From a virus (lineage: Duplodnaviria; Caudoviricetes): a DNA stretch of 64,000 bases. The position numbers and the translations under genes were made by a program. A model generated the notes under the pieces. The model saw nothing but the letters and a program-made list of their open reading frames with translations. It was not told the origin of the DNA and made no database searches. The DNA is taken from positions 28,998-92,997 of IMG/VR virus record IMGVR_UViG_3300035520_000781; one strand, 5' to 3'. Below are positions 37,260 through 47,352 of this stretch, one piece after another. Positions within the stretch are counted from its first letter, which is position 1; each line of letters begins with the position of its first letter.

Positions 37260-40052
37260 TTATATAGTTAATCCTTTTCTTCTTTTAAGTTTACCTCCTT
37301 TAGCCTTTTTGACTTTTTCTTTAGTTGTGTTTCCAAGTAAAGGTTGTTCATCTTCCCCTACATTTCCAAAACTACTAGTTGCAAGGCCAAAGTTTCTCCA
37401 ATTAAATTGCATATTTTCTCTTCCAATATCTCCCAATGAAGTAATAAAATTAGAAAGATTAGCAGACTTCATAGCATCAGCAGTAAGCTTTGCTTTATTT
37501 CTCATTTCATAGCCAGTCATTAATCCTTTAAGTGACAAATCTCTTGCTTGAGCTGCTGCACTTTGATTAGCTTTTGCTGCTTCTAAGAATCCTTGAGAAT
37601 TTGTTATATTAGTAGTTCTATTAAAGTCTTCTACTTTCTGTCTTTGTTCAAGATTATATTCCTCAGCCTGTCTTGCGAATGTACCTAACTGATTTAGATA
37701 ATTATTATTTGCAGCTAAAATTCCTGCCATAGCTGTTCCTCTATTACCCCCTGATGTATTAGAAAGTAATCTTCTTGTGGCACCTGCTTCAGCATTCATT
37801 TTATTAATATAATAATCTCTATCAAGAGGCTTATAAGTAAGATAATTTCCAATAGGTTTAAATCTTATGGGGTTAAAAGAACCTGCATTTTTAGAAGCTT
37901 CAATAAGAGCATCTGCACTTCCATAATCAGGTTTATTTGTAAGACCAAGTTGGTCAGTTATTGACCCTATACCTAATGCTACTGTAGGAATATATCTAGG
38001 CCAATCTGGTAATTTTTTAAACTTAGTCTTAGGTTCAGCTGGGTCATAGTAATAATCATTTCCACCAGAGTCATTTGCTAATTGGTTTACTTGGTCATAA
38101 TCACCTGAATTAGCAATTTCTAAATATGGATTATCTCCTTCTACTTGCTCATACTTACCCTCTGCATTTTGTCTATAATATCTATTTGATGCTTTTTTAG
38201 TTTCAATAGGGCTATAGAAGTACCTTCTAGTTCTTGTGTTAGTTTTTGGGTCAAAGTTTTCTACATATTTACCATTATTTTCTCTTATGTATCTATCTTT
38301 AAATCTTTGTTCCCATGTTTCTCCAGAATTAAAGTATGCATCAGAATTATTATCATAATAAATATCTGACTCAGGCATTGCAGATAAAGAGCCGTCTTTT
38401 CCTCTTAATAAATGCTCAGTCTTTAAAGTCTCTCCATTACTTCCAATACCATTACTTTCCAGATAGTTTCTATATTCAGCCTCAGGATGCATAAACCCAG
38501 GATTACTTAATGCCAACCTCTTAGCAGTGGGCATTAATCCTTCAAGATTCCAAGTATCAACACTTCCTCTATTATTATACCAATCAGGATTTGAATTAAT
38601 AAAGTTTTGAATAGCTTGGTACCTTTTAGTTCCTTTATCAGCTTCAGAGGCATTATCATAGTAATTAAATTGGTCTTTTATATGCTGTCTAAATGTATCT
38701 ACATTATAGTTATCACTATTAATGTAGGATTTATAGTCATCATCATAACTACCATTTTTAATCCATGTGGGAGTATCACTAAGGCCATAATAATCAGCAA
38801 CTCCTTTATAAGTATTTAATTTTGAAGGAGTCCAAGGATTAGTACCATCAAACTTATTAACTTTACCTCCAAAAGCAAATGAATTCTCTCTTCCTTTAGC
38901 TTTAATTTCCTCTTGAGCAATAGCCAAGTCAGACATTATAGCCTCTAATCCTCTTTGGCTTATAGGGTCATTAGGTCTTTCTTCAGCTTCTTTTGATAAC
39001 TTCTTAGTAGCCTCTGCAAAAGTAAGACTCTTTTCTCCTCTGAGTTTATACTTATTTCTTATTGCCTTAGGCACTTTAAGCCTTTTACTGAAGACATAAT
39101 CATTATAAATAGTCTCACCTTCTTCCACTAAATTAGGAGTACCTTCTTGGTCAAATCCCATCAATACTCCACCTAAAGGATTAGACTCATGTGAACCTCC
39201 TTTATCTATATAAAGTAAACCATCAGTAAAGTCACTACCATTAGTTCCCAATTCCCCACCAAAAGCAGCTACAAAAGCTTCATTTGCTTTACCTAATGAA
39301 TTATCCATTAGGTTATTAGCTTGATTCACAGCAGTTCTATCTGCCATATTAGCCTGGCTCAATACTTGATTGGCAAGAGTTTGGTTTTTAGCAGCAGCTT
39401 TACCTTTAACAGCAAATCCTCCTTCATAGGCATTATAATTAGTATTCATGCCCATTGAAGTATTTAATGCAGAGTCATCCAAAGAAGAAGCTCCTTGAGC
39501 AGCACTAGCCATAGTATTTAAAGCAGAAATATCTCCCTGTGCTCTATTTAATTCCTCTTGGTTAGTCTTCATTCCCCAACCAGCATTAACAAACCCAGCA
39601 GCAGCATTTCCTATTGCACCAACAGTCTGAAGTGCGGGTATTCCTGTAGAACTAAGTGCAGAACTAAGTCCTCCAATAGCATTTCCTACACCAGAAGATT
39701 TACCTCCTGATAATACACTATTAGCAACTTGTCCAATGCCCCCTATTCCTGCACCAATAATTGAAGATGAAGTAGATATATCACCATTTAATGCAGCTTT
39801 AGGGTCTTTAAAAAATCCATTAACATCAGAAGCAAAGTCCTGAAATATATTAGGTTTATTATCAGTAGTAGTAGGAGTAGTAGCTACAGTAGGAGTAGTT
39901 CCAGTATGTGCCCTATCATGATATGCAGCAGTAGTAAAATTAGGATTTAATATATCAGAATAAGCAGCTCTTGCTTGCTCCCCCATATTTCCTCCAGGTG
40001 CATATATATTTTTACCTGCTATTAATAATTTATTACTTATTTTTTTAGCCAT
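37260..40052 (-). CDS. Virion cargo protein 1-like (membrane-inserting ejection protein)
   Basis: Gly/Ala-rich hydrophobic helices, GGSHESNPLGGV..VEEGET motif, and position downstream of the muzzle gene. Confidence 0.65.
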   Translation of the reverse strand: MAKKISNKLLIAGKNIYAPGGNMGEQARAAYSDILNPNFTTAAYHDRAHTGTTPTVATTPTTTDNKPNIFQDFASDVNGFFKDPKAALNGDISTSSSIIGAGIGGIGQVANSVLSGGKSSGVGNAIGGLSSALSSTGIPALQTVGAIGNAAAGFVNAGWGMKTNQEELNRAQGDISALNTMASAAQGASSLDDSALNTSMGMNTNYNAYEGGFAVKGKAAAKNQTLANQVLSQANMADRTAVNQANNLMDNSLGKANEAFVAAFGGELGTNGSDFTDGLLYIDKGGSHESNPLGGVLMGFDQEGTPNLVEEGETIYNDYVFSKRLKVPKAIRNKYKLRGEKSLTFAEATKKLSKEAEERPNDPISQRGLEAIMSDLAIAQEEIKAKGRENSFAFGGKVNKFDGTNPWTPSKLNTYKGVADYYGLSDTPTWIKNGSYDDDYKSYINSDNYNVDTFRQHIKDQFNYYDNASEADKGTKRYQAIQNFINSNPDWYNNRGSVDTWNLEGLMPTAKRLALSNPGFMHPEAEYRNYLESNGIGSNGETLKTEHLLRGKDGSLSAMPESDIYYDNNSDAYFNSGETWEQRFKDRYIRENNGKYVENFDPKTNTRTRRYFYSPIETKKASNRYYRQNAEGKYEQVEGDNPYLEIANSGDYDQVNQLANDSGGNDYYYDPAEPKTKFKKLPDWPRYIPTVALGIGSITDQLGLTNKPDYGSADALIEASKNAGSFNPIRFKPIGNYLTYKPLDRDYYINKMNAEAGATRRLLSNTSGGNRGTAMAGILAANNNYLNQLGTFARQAEEYNLEQRQKVEDFNRTTNITNSQGFLEAAKANQSAAAQARDLSLKGLMTGYEMRNKAKLTADAMKSANLSNFITSLGDIGRENMQFNWRNFGLATSSFGNVGEDEQPLLGNTTKEKVKKAKGGKLKRRKGLTI

Positions 40053-40081
40053 TCTATTATTAAGGTATTATATATTTATTG

Positions 40082-40115
40082 TGCAAAGATACATACAATA
40101 TTTGACATAATCAAT
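40082..40115 (-). promoter_or_regulatory. Sigma70-type promoter for the cargo genes
   Basis: Minus strand ATTG-N20-TATCTTTGCA. Confidence 0.7.
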
Positions 40116-40127
40116 ATATTAATGTGT

Positions 40128-40164
40128 AAAATAATAAGGGCATAAGAATTATCCTATGCCCTTA
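40128..40164 (-). terminator. Terminator after the muzzle gene
   Basis: TAAGGGCATA / TATGCCCTTA stem with a U-rich tail on the minus strand. Confidence 0.8.
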
Positions 40165-40176
40165 ATTAACCATCAT

Positions 40177-43100
40177 TTAAATAAAGTATTGTACTTCTAC
40201 ATCATGTAATTGAATGAAACCATTATTACCATTATTATATCTTGGTGCAGCCCCTAATTTAACTTTGCACCATGTATTTCTAATTCTATCCCTTCTATTG
40301 TGAGCATCTCTTGGAATTTGTGCTCTCCATACTCTAAACTTCTTTTTAAGAATAGATGGCATATGACCATTATTCTTTAATAGAGTTTCACCAGTATCTT
40401 GATATTCATCCCACACTCTAATGTAATCAAATGGAGACTCAGATGAAAGAATGCTATCCAATTTATCTGACCATCTATCTCCTCTGAAGAATACATTAGC
40501 ATAGATTTTATCTATTCCTGATAAATCTTGCTGACTACTTCTTCCATTGGACACAAAGGATATATCATAACCTTGATATTCATTAAAGAAGTAGTTATAA
40601 TTACCATCAAACATTTTATAAGGTAGATTATCATTTATACAATAAAAAGTATCTACCACATTAAACATTATAGGTATCTTAGGATAAGAATAAAATGAAG
40701 TAAATTGCTGTAATTGTTCATTATAACATAATGACTCTTCCTTATTAGTTATATACAAATCATTCTTATTTTTATCATAGAATAACTTCGTACTATAATT
40801 ATTAGGAGTCCATAATGAGGAATCTTGTTTACCAAACCAAGTAATCATATTTCTTTGACTTGATAAATCACTTAATCCCTGAGAACCTATAGCCTGTAAA
40901 TGACCTCCTACTGAATCTATAAAATACAAAGCACTTGGAGAAGGACATATAGCATATTTATTAATACATCCCATTCCATCAGATATATATCTTTTACCAT
41001 CTACTTTATAATTATTAGATATTTCAATAGGAACTCCATCAGATGTAGGTATTTGAACTCTTGAATTAAATAGTATATTACTTACACCACTATCTTGGAA
41101 ACAGTATATATTGTCATTCCATACATTCAAAGCTCTTATTTTTCCTTTAGAGCCATCCATATCATAAGTAGCAGCTAAAGTTACAGTAGTCCAGGGGTCA
41201 ACATCTTGTCCTGCAGTTTTCTCAGTACTCCAAGTTATTTGGTTTGGAAAATCATTAAGTTCATAAAATGAATCATCTAATATTCTATAATTAAAGAAAT
41301 TATCTCTCTGTGAATATACAGGATTCATTTTATTAAAATTAACAGGAGACATATGGAGGTTACTTACTTGCCCCCTATTTCTGTCATATCTTCCATCAGG
41401 ATTAACTCTTGATTCTAACACAAAAGAACCTATTTCAATCACTTGATTTATATCTTCATTAGTAAAAGGATAGGTCTTTAAACAGTCATATCTATTAAAC
41501 CAAGTATCTCCCCATTCATATGTTAAATATAACTCAGGTTGACCATCTTGTATATCCACAGCTTTACCAGCAGGTAGCCACATATTGGCCTTAAGTGCAT
41601 CTTTAGACTTTCCACCAAATATAGTATTCTCATCAACTTCTTTATATAGCTCTAGTACTGGTAATTCCCAATTACCGAGTTTATTAGTAATGGCAGAATT
41701 TAATACAAAAGCAATGTGTGGAGAAGACTTATACTTCATTCTAACTGGCTCCTTTTTAATAGCAAGTTGCTTTATTATATTGCCAACATCACTAGACACA
41801 TGGTCATATTTATCAGTTAACCATTTGTATATATACTGTGTACTTGTGTTTTTACTATCATCCTTTACAGAGAAAGTTTTAAACCAATTATCACTTGTAA
41901 AGGATGTTGAAGCATTCTTGCTAAATAATTGTTTTTCATCTATTGAATCAGCATTAAATCCAGTATAATCAAAGGCAAAGTAACTACCATCAGAATCATC
42001 AGGGTTAAGTAAAATATCTATATTTCCCATATAGACATCTCCATTTTCAAACTTTATAATAGAAGCTTCATTACTTGAGAACAATTGAGGGTCTCTTAAG
42101 ACATCTAATTCAACATTAGAGGTGTCCCATGTAGGAGAAAGACTCAGCCTTAAATTAGATATTATCTTCTTACTGAGTTCTGCACTCTTTATATTGTCAG
42201 TAGAACTCCTATTTACATCATTATTTAATGAACCACTCTTATTCCAAAGATATACCAGCCATTTAAATGAACTATTTTGTTTTCCATAGGCTCCATATAT
42301 TACATTACTTATATTCCCATCAACATCAGCATTATCATCTACAATAAAATCATCATAGAATAATCCACTTATGATTCCTGCACCACTGTTAGTAATGAAA
42401 GACTTATGAATAAATCCCGAACCATCATCACTTATTGTAGAGGAGGAGGTTTGAATATCAATATCACTTGCAGTATAATTAAATGAGACTGTTCCTACTT
42501 TTCTTACTCCAAATGTAGTGAAATCTACATTATATAAGCTATCATCTAATTCTATTTCAGGAGAATGTAATGTTAAAGTTAGCCAATCTACATTAAATTG
42601 ATGCTCTATATCATAAAGTCCTTGAATCTCTACACCTCTGTAATTTAGAGGAGAACCATTCTTAGTAGTGTAAGGTATAGCCTGCCCATAAGAGTAGGGG
42701 CTATAAGTTCCTAAATCATCGCCTTTAAAATCTGCAGCACTATTTAAATTATAGTAGGGTCTGAAAAACCAAGAGGATTGAGCATAAACAGACTTATTAG
42801 TTTCCCTCTTTTCATCAGTAAATAATGCAGGATTTCCTATACCTTGGCATAGTACAGCTCTGTCTTGCAACTCAGGAAATACTACTAAAGGTCTTATCTT
42901 TTTATAGCCTGCATCAGATAAATAATCTCTTATAGTTTGGTCTATACTTACCTTAATACCAAGTTTAGTTAACAAGCCCTCACTATCTAATGATGGATAT
43001 TGAGCGTTCCCAGTTACTTGATAATCTTGTATCCATACAGGCTCTGACCATGAACCATTTTTATATTGAGCTTGGAATCCTAATCTATAATAGTCATTCT

Positions 43101-44259
43101 TTTTAAAACCCGCTGCAGTTGTTTGATGAGCAGTGCCTACCTCTGTAGCATCAAGGCTATTTGCATATACATAACCTTTTGTATTAATAGCTTTTGTCTG
43201 AACTTTTATTGGGGTAGTTTCAGCACTGTGTGTACTATTTCTTACATCATCCTCAAATTTACCACCATCTAATGAAGATATTGACTGCCTTTTAATATTA
43301 ATGTCTCCTAAAAATAAAGTACCATCCTTGGAGCATATAGTATTTGCAACTATTTCTTCACCTCCTTTATATAAAAGTGATGCTGGGTCAACCGTGTCCC
43401 CAATAGTTCCTGTATCAATAAAAGTAATTTTATTATTTGAACTACTTGTTAATTCAATATCCTGAACTCTTTTACAAGTAGGAACTGCATTAATAGAAGT
43501 TCTTATTATGCTATATATTCTAAGATAATCAAAATGGTCATCCCAATTTGATATTTCTATTTTAAAAGAATTAGAAATACTATTATCTGGGGAGCCAGCT
43601 CTGTCTAAATAAGAAGTAAAAAATAAAGGGGTAGTATGAAATATATTAGTTTCTTGGCCATATTTATTATAATATGTAAAAGCATATTGAATTGCCCCTG
43701 CAGGAAACTGTCCTCCAGAACTTGTTTCTTTGCTCACATAAATTATTTCATTTAATTTAAGTTCAGGAACAAAATCAAAAGCACCTTTCCAAGTATATTG
43801 TCCGTGAATTATATTAATAACTCTTGGTTGATTTAAACCATCAATCCAATATACTTTTTGTATGCCTTCATTTTCATAATCTCCTATTGCTTGGATTGGG
43901 CGATTTATATCAAATCCTAAAGAATCCCCCGTAAATAAAACAAAAAGTTCTGGGGACTCTTTAGACATATCTATTCTATAAATATTGTCACACCCAGAGT
44001 CTTCATATGTAAATAATATTAAGTAATTGTTAAGTACGCAGTGGCCTATAATAGTTCCAGCAATAGCAGTCCTTTCATTATTAGTGTTAACCAAAGATAA
44101 TAGCTTAGGCCCCCTTTCATTAGTTACAGTAAGGAGAGTTTCATCTCCCCTTGCTGTAATTCTAATATTATGAGCATCTATTAAATACTCAGGGGATTGT
44201 TTAGATACTGCTGTATCTTGTTGTAGTCCCACAAATGTATGATTAGTTGATTGTTGCAT
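40177..44259 (-). CDS. Tail muzzle/stabilisation protein (P22 gp10-like)
   Basis: 1360 aa, beta-rich. N-terminal GLQQD..IDAHNIRI and WIDGLNQPRVINI, C-terminal KKKFRVWR. Gene order fits. Confidence 0.8.
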   Translation of the reverse strand: MQQSTNHTFVGLQQDTAVSKQSPEYLIDAHNIRITARGDETLLTVTNERGPKLLSLVNTNNERTAIAGTIIGHCVLNNYLILFTYEDSGCDNIYRIDMSKESPELFVLFTGDSLGFDINRPIQAIGDYENEGIQKVYWIDGLNQPRVINIIHGQYTWKGAFDFVPELKLNEIIYVSKETSSGGQFPAGAIQYAFTYYNKYGQETNIFHTTPLFFTSYLDRAGSPDNSISNSFKIEISNWDDHFDYLRIYSIIRTSINAVPTCKRVQDIELTSSSNNKITFIDTGTIGDTVDPASLLYKGGEEIVANTICSKDGTLFLGDINIKRQSISSLDGGKFEDDVRNSTHSAETTPIKVQTKAINTKGYVYANSLDATEVGTAHQTTAAGFKKNDYYRLGFQAQYKNGSWSEPVWIQDYQVTGNAQYPSLDSEGLLTKLGIKVSIDQTIRDYLSDAGYKKIRPLVVFPELQDRAVLCQGIGNPALFTDEKRETNKSVYAQSSWFFRPYYNLNSAADFKGDDLGTYSPYSYGQAIPYTTKNGSPLNYRGVEIQGLYDIEHQFNVDWLTLTLHSPEIELDDSLYNVDFTTFGVRKVGTVSFNYTASDIDIQTSSSTISDDGSGFIHKSFITNSGAGIISGLFYDDFIVDDNADVDGNISNVIYGAYGKQNSSFKWLVYLWNKSGSLNNDVNRSSTDNIKSAELSKKIISNLRLSLSPTWDTSNVELDVLRDPQLFSSNEASIIKFENGDVYMGNIDILLNPDDSDGSYFAFDYTGFNADSIDEKQLFSKNASTSFTSDNWFKTFSVKDDSKNTSTQYIYKWLTDKYDHVSSDVGNIIKQLAIKKEPVRMKYKSSPHIAFVLNSAITNKLGNWELPVLELYKEVDENTIFGGKSKDALKANMWLPAGKAVDIQDGQPELYLTYEWGDTWFNRYDCLKTYPFTNEDINQVIEIGSFVLESRVNPDGRYDRNRGQVSNLHMSPVNFNKMNPVYSQRDNFFNYRILDDSFYELNDFPNQITWSTEKTAGQDVDPWTTVTLAATYDMDGSKGKIRALNVWNDNIYCFQDSGVSNILFNSRVQIPTSDGVPIEISNNYKVDGKRYISDGMGCINKYAICPSPSALYFIDSVGGHLQAIGSQGLSDLSSQRNMITWFGKQDSSLWTPNNYSTKLFYDKNKNDLYITNKEESLCYNEQLQQFTSFYSYPKIPIMFNVVDTFYCINDNLPYKMFDGNYNYFFNEYQGYDISFVSNGRSSQQDLSGIDKIYANVFFRGDRWSDKLDSILSSESPFDYIRVWDEYQDTGETLLKNNGHMPSILKKKFRVWRAQIPRDAHNRRDRIRNTWCKVKLGAAPRYNNGNNGFIQLHDVEVQYFI

Positions 44260-44268
44260 ATTAATCTA

Positions 44269-44394
44269 TTATGATATTACCAATGTATCTTTAATTTGAA
44301 GCCTTGGCCCTACAATCTCAGAATTGCTCTTAAGATAGGAAACCTCAATTGAAGTTGCTTTTATAGCTATATCATCATTTATTGCTCTTGCCAT
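44269..44394 (-). CDS. Small hypothetical protein (41 aa), missing from the ORF track
   Basis: MARAINDDIAIKATSIEVSYL...LVIS* fills the gap between the ring and muzzle genes. Confidence 0.55.
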   Translation of the reverse strand: MARAINDDIAIKATSIEVSYLKSNSEIVGPRLQIKDTLVIS

Positions 44395-44396
44395 AA

Positions 44397-45089
44397 TTAC
44401 TGTACTTTAATATATTCTTTTGAACCATTATTAACAAAGCCTCTACTATGTTCTCTAACTCTTGGAATTAAAGTATTCCACATATTAGTAATACTTTCCA
44501 TTTGGTCAACAGTAGGTCTTACCAAGTCACTCTGTGCCTGCCCTACATACCATGCATATTCTTGACATACATTAGTATATACCTGTTGATTTATTTGCCC
44601 CAAATCAAAGAGCACAGTAAATACTTGTTTCTTTATATAAAATTCCAGTGCTCTCACAAAAGAACTATTATCAGGAATCATAGGATAGCCTTCAGAATCA
44701 ACTACAACAGCATTATATACTATTTCTATTAATCCTTCTTTCATAGAAGTGTATATAGCATTACCTTGTAGTTTGTAAGTAACATCAAAAGAATCCTGTT
44801 TATTATAACTCAGGTGAAAAGAATCTGTGGTTTCTCTTAATACCTTATAATCTTTGCAGTTTTCTTTTACAGCCCTAACTTGAATCATTGACTCAAAGTC
44901 ACAAGGTAAAGCAGCTCTATAATCTTTTATTTCAAGTTTAGCTACTCTTTCTTCAAAGGCTCTTGGCATTCCTACTATCCTAATAAACTCTTGAGTATAA
45001 TTAACAGCTCTTTCAAATGTTACATCTTTAAGTAAAGGATGCTGAAGTAAATCATCAAGAATAACCTTTATAGATATGTATCTTTCCAT
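44397..45089 (-). CDS. Tail ring/tubular protein
   Basis: 230 aa with LPCDF and DSEGYPMIPD motifs, upstream of the muzzle gene. Confidence 0.7.
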   Translation of the reverse strand: MERYISIKVILDDLLQHPLLKDVTFERAVNYTQEFIRIVGMPRAFEERVAKLEIKDYRAALPCDFESMIQVRAVKENCKDYKVLRETTDSFHLSYNKQDSFDVTYKLQGNAIYTSMKEGLIEIVYNAVVVDSEGYPMIPDNSSFVRALEFYIKKQVFTVLFDLGQINQQVYTNVCQEYAWYVGQAQSDLVRPTVDQMESITNMWNTLIPRVREHSRGFVNNGSKEYIKVQ

Positions 45090-45613
45090 TATAATTTAAA
45101 AGCATCAATTGCTCTATTTTTAATCTGTTTAACCAACCTTTTCTTTATATCTCTATTAACATCAAAGGTATAAAAACTTTTATTTATATAAGTAGCATTT
45201 TTCTTATTATAGAATACCTTAAATATTTCTTTCTCTTCTATTTTAAGTAATGTTTTTTGTTTAAAAGCTTCTTTATCTTCTGCCCATAACTTAAGAGTTC
45301 TATCCCAATCTATAGGAAGATTAGTCTTTAATTTTCCATTTTCAAAAGTAAATGAAGCAGCCATTTTTCTAAGCTCAAAACTTCCCATTCTACAAGGTAA
45401 TTTTATCTCTTCTCCATTTACCAAAGCATCTGCAAAATAATTATTAACTTGTCTTATGATACTATAAAACTCATGTTCAGTTAATGGTCTTGGTATATTA
45501 AACCATTTGTTCTTTCTTATATACTTGTAAGCATCATAAACACCTAAAGACTCTCTTATTTTATGAACTCTTGGTTTATCAAGCTTCAATACCTTTCTTC
45601 TAAAGTCTTCCAT
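45089..45613 (-). CDS. IHF/HU-like protein of the crAss tail module
   Basis: ALVNGEEIKLPCRMGSFELRK resembles HU/IHF. Basic, at the conserved crAss position. Confidence 0.7.
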   Translation of the reverse strand: MEDFRRKVLKLDKPRVHKIRESLGVYDAYKYIRKNKWFNIPRPLTEHEFYSIIRQVNNYFADALVNGEEIKLPCRMGSFELRKMAASFTFENGKLKTNLPIDWDRTLKLWAEDKEAFKQKTLLKIEEKEIFKVFYNKKNATYINKSFYTFDVNRDIKKRLVKQIKNRAIDAFKL

Positions 45614-46338
45614 TAACTTTCAATCTGTTTCTGTAGATTTGACTTAACATTATTTCTTATATAAGTAACCAAATCTGACAAATCATCATTAGCATTATTT
45701 TCAGAGTCTTCAGGTTTATAAATAGAAGTAGAAAGTTCTTTCACTACTGCCTGAATTAACTGAGGAATTAATGCTTCTTCCAAACGAAAAGGCATATCAA
45801 GAATATCACAAGCATCAGAGTTCTCACACTCTAACTCTGAAGCTTCTTCAGGATTTTCAAATATACCTGTAAACTTTATGTTCTCTAAATATAGGTATTG
45901 AGGATTATAGGACTTAAGATATAGATAGTTATCAGGGCCTATAGAAGCATAGATAATATTAGGTAGCCATCTATTATAACCTACATATCTCATTCTTTCT
46001 CTTGAGACATATGTTATTTCTCCTTGATAATAATCCTCTGTGTATATTCTGGGGCTTGTAATAGACATAAGGAAAGGAATCTTTTCTTTACTTCTTAAAT
46101 AGGTTCCTCCCTCACACTCTTCTCCAGTAATAGCAGGTACTTGAATTAAATCCAAGCATAATGTTTGATAGTTAGATTCAGGTATTTCCTTTCTAACATC
46201 TTTATAAGTAGTCTTGAGTAAATATCCTCTATATTTACCAGCAAGGAATATAATATGTTCTTCAGAGTAATAACTATCATCATGTAATAGCTTCATCTCA
46301 TCAAGAATCATATGAACTATTTCTCTGTATGTTGCCAT
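45613..46338 (-). CDS. Tail ring protein
   Basis: 241 aa with GIFENP and a C-terminal D..NNAND motif. Gene order fits. Confidence 0.65.
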   Translation of the reverse strand: MATYREIVHMILDEMKLLHDDSYYSEEHIIFLAGKYRGYLLKTTYKDVRKEIPESNYQTLCLDLIQVPAITGEECEGGTYLRSKEKIPFLMSITSPRIYTEDYYQGEITYVSRERMRYVGYNRWLPNIIYASIGPDNYLYLKSYNPQYLYLENIKFTGIFENPEEASELECENSDACDILDMPFRLEEALIPQLIQAVVKELSTSIYKPEDSENNANDDLSDLVTYIRNNVKSNLQKQIES

Positions 46339-46360
46339 AATTATATATAATTAAACTGCT

Positions 46361-46394
46361 TACAAAGATAGAAATAAATTCTATTCTATGCAAG
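46361..46394 (-). promoter_or_regulatory. Sigma70-type promoter embedded in an inverted repeat
   Basis: Minus strand CTTG-N20-TATCTTTGTA. Confidence 0.7.
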
Positions 46395-46420
46395 CAGTTC
46401 AGTAAATTTATTATAATGTC

Positions 46421-46753
46421 TTAAGACAATATTCTTAATCCTTTCCTAAGTGACCTTAATGTGCCATCCTCAGTAACTCTATTATAATCAGGTGCTTTAT
46501 GTAATACCTCGCTAATTGCTTTTTTATAATCAGGATAAGCAATCATACAGCTACCATATAAACACTCCAGGCTATTTGCAATAGAGTTATAATCTTCCTC
46601 AGAGATAAATTGAGATAATGGGCCATTTAATAATTCCTCTATAAAAATCAACACAAGCAGCTCTTCTACTTGTTTATATGATTTATACCCTGTCTTCTTT
46701 AATAGTGAGAAATACTTAGTTAAGGATGTATATACATCATTAGTAAGTTCCAT
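46421..46753 (-). CDS. Probable tail hub/structural protein
   Basis: Likely start MELTND at 46753, overlapping the upstream gene. Located in the tail module. Confidence 0.55.
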   Translation of the reverse strand: MELTNDVYTSLTKYFSLLKKTGYKSYKQVEELLVLIFIEELLNGPLSQFISEEDYNSIANSLECLYGSCMIAYPDYKKAISEVLHKAPDYNRVTEDGTLRSLRKGLRILS

Positions 46754-47300
46754 GACATCCACAACCTTTATGAGAAGGAACAATAGATTTATTCTTTAAT
46801 TTATCCCATTGTTTAAAAGCAGTAGTAAAGTTACCAGTCTTTAAAGATAACTCAAAGGCTTTAAGCCTAAGTATCATATCTATAAATCCTTTAGGAGTTT
46901 CACAGGTCTTTTCAAGCTCTTTAATATAGCTCATTGCCATATTATAAATAGGTCTTAAATTAACGGCTATACACATTGTATAAGTATCATCCATACCACA
47001 AGGAGTACCACTTGCTGGAACTCCCCCTGCTCCTATATAGACAAAAAAGATATTGTCATTAAGACTATCCACTTTAAGCTCTTTAAGGGAAATTCTAACT
47101 CTAATGTTTTTTGGTGAATCTTTGAATTCTTCACTATAAACATTACTTTCACTGGGCCCACTTTCAGAATAGGTATCTTGAGTATCTACTATTATAGATT
47201 CTATGAAAACATCCTTAAAATAGTCTAGGTTCTCAACACTTGCCTCTACAATAAGATACTTACCCTCTGAATCTATTCTACATTCATTGAATACTATCAT
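46740..47300 (-). CDS. Probable tail hub/structural protein
   Basis: 186 aa, beta-rich N-terminus and C-terminal GCGCHG. Located in the tail module. Confidence 0.55.
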   Translation of the reverse strand: MIVFNECRIDSEGKYLIVEASVENLDYFKDVFIESIIVDTQDTYSESGPSESNVYSEEFKDSPKNIRVRISLKELKVDSLNDNIFFVYIGAGGVPASGTPCGMDDTYTMCIAVNLRPIYNMAMSYIKELEKTCETPKGFIDMILRLKAFELSLKTGNFTTAFKQWDKLKNKSIVPSHKGCGCHGTY

Positions 47301-47307
47301 AGTCTAT

Positions 47308-47340
47308 AAAAAATTAAAGGAGGAGTTAACCTCCTCCTTT
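47308..47340 (-). terminator. Terminator after the auxiliary capsid gene
   Basis: AAAGGAGGAG / CTCCTCCTTT stem with an upstream A-run. Confidence 0.85.
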
Positions 47341-47352
47341 GTTCTATTATCT

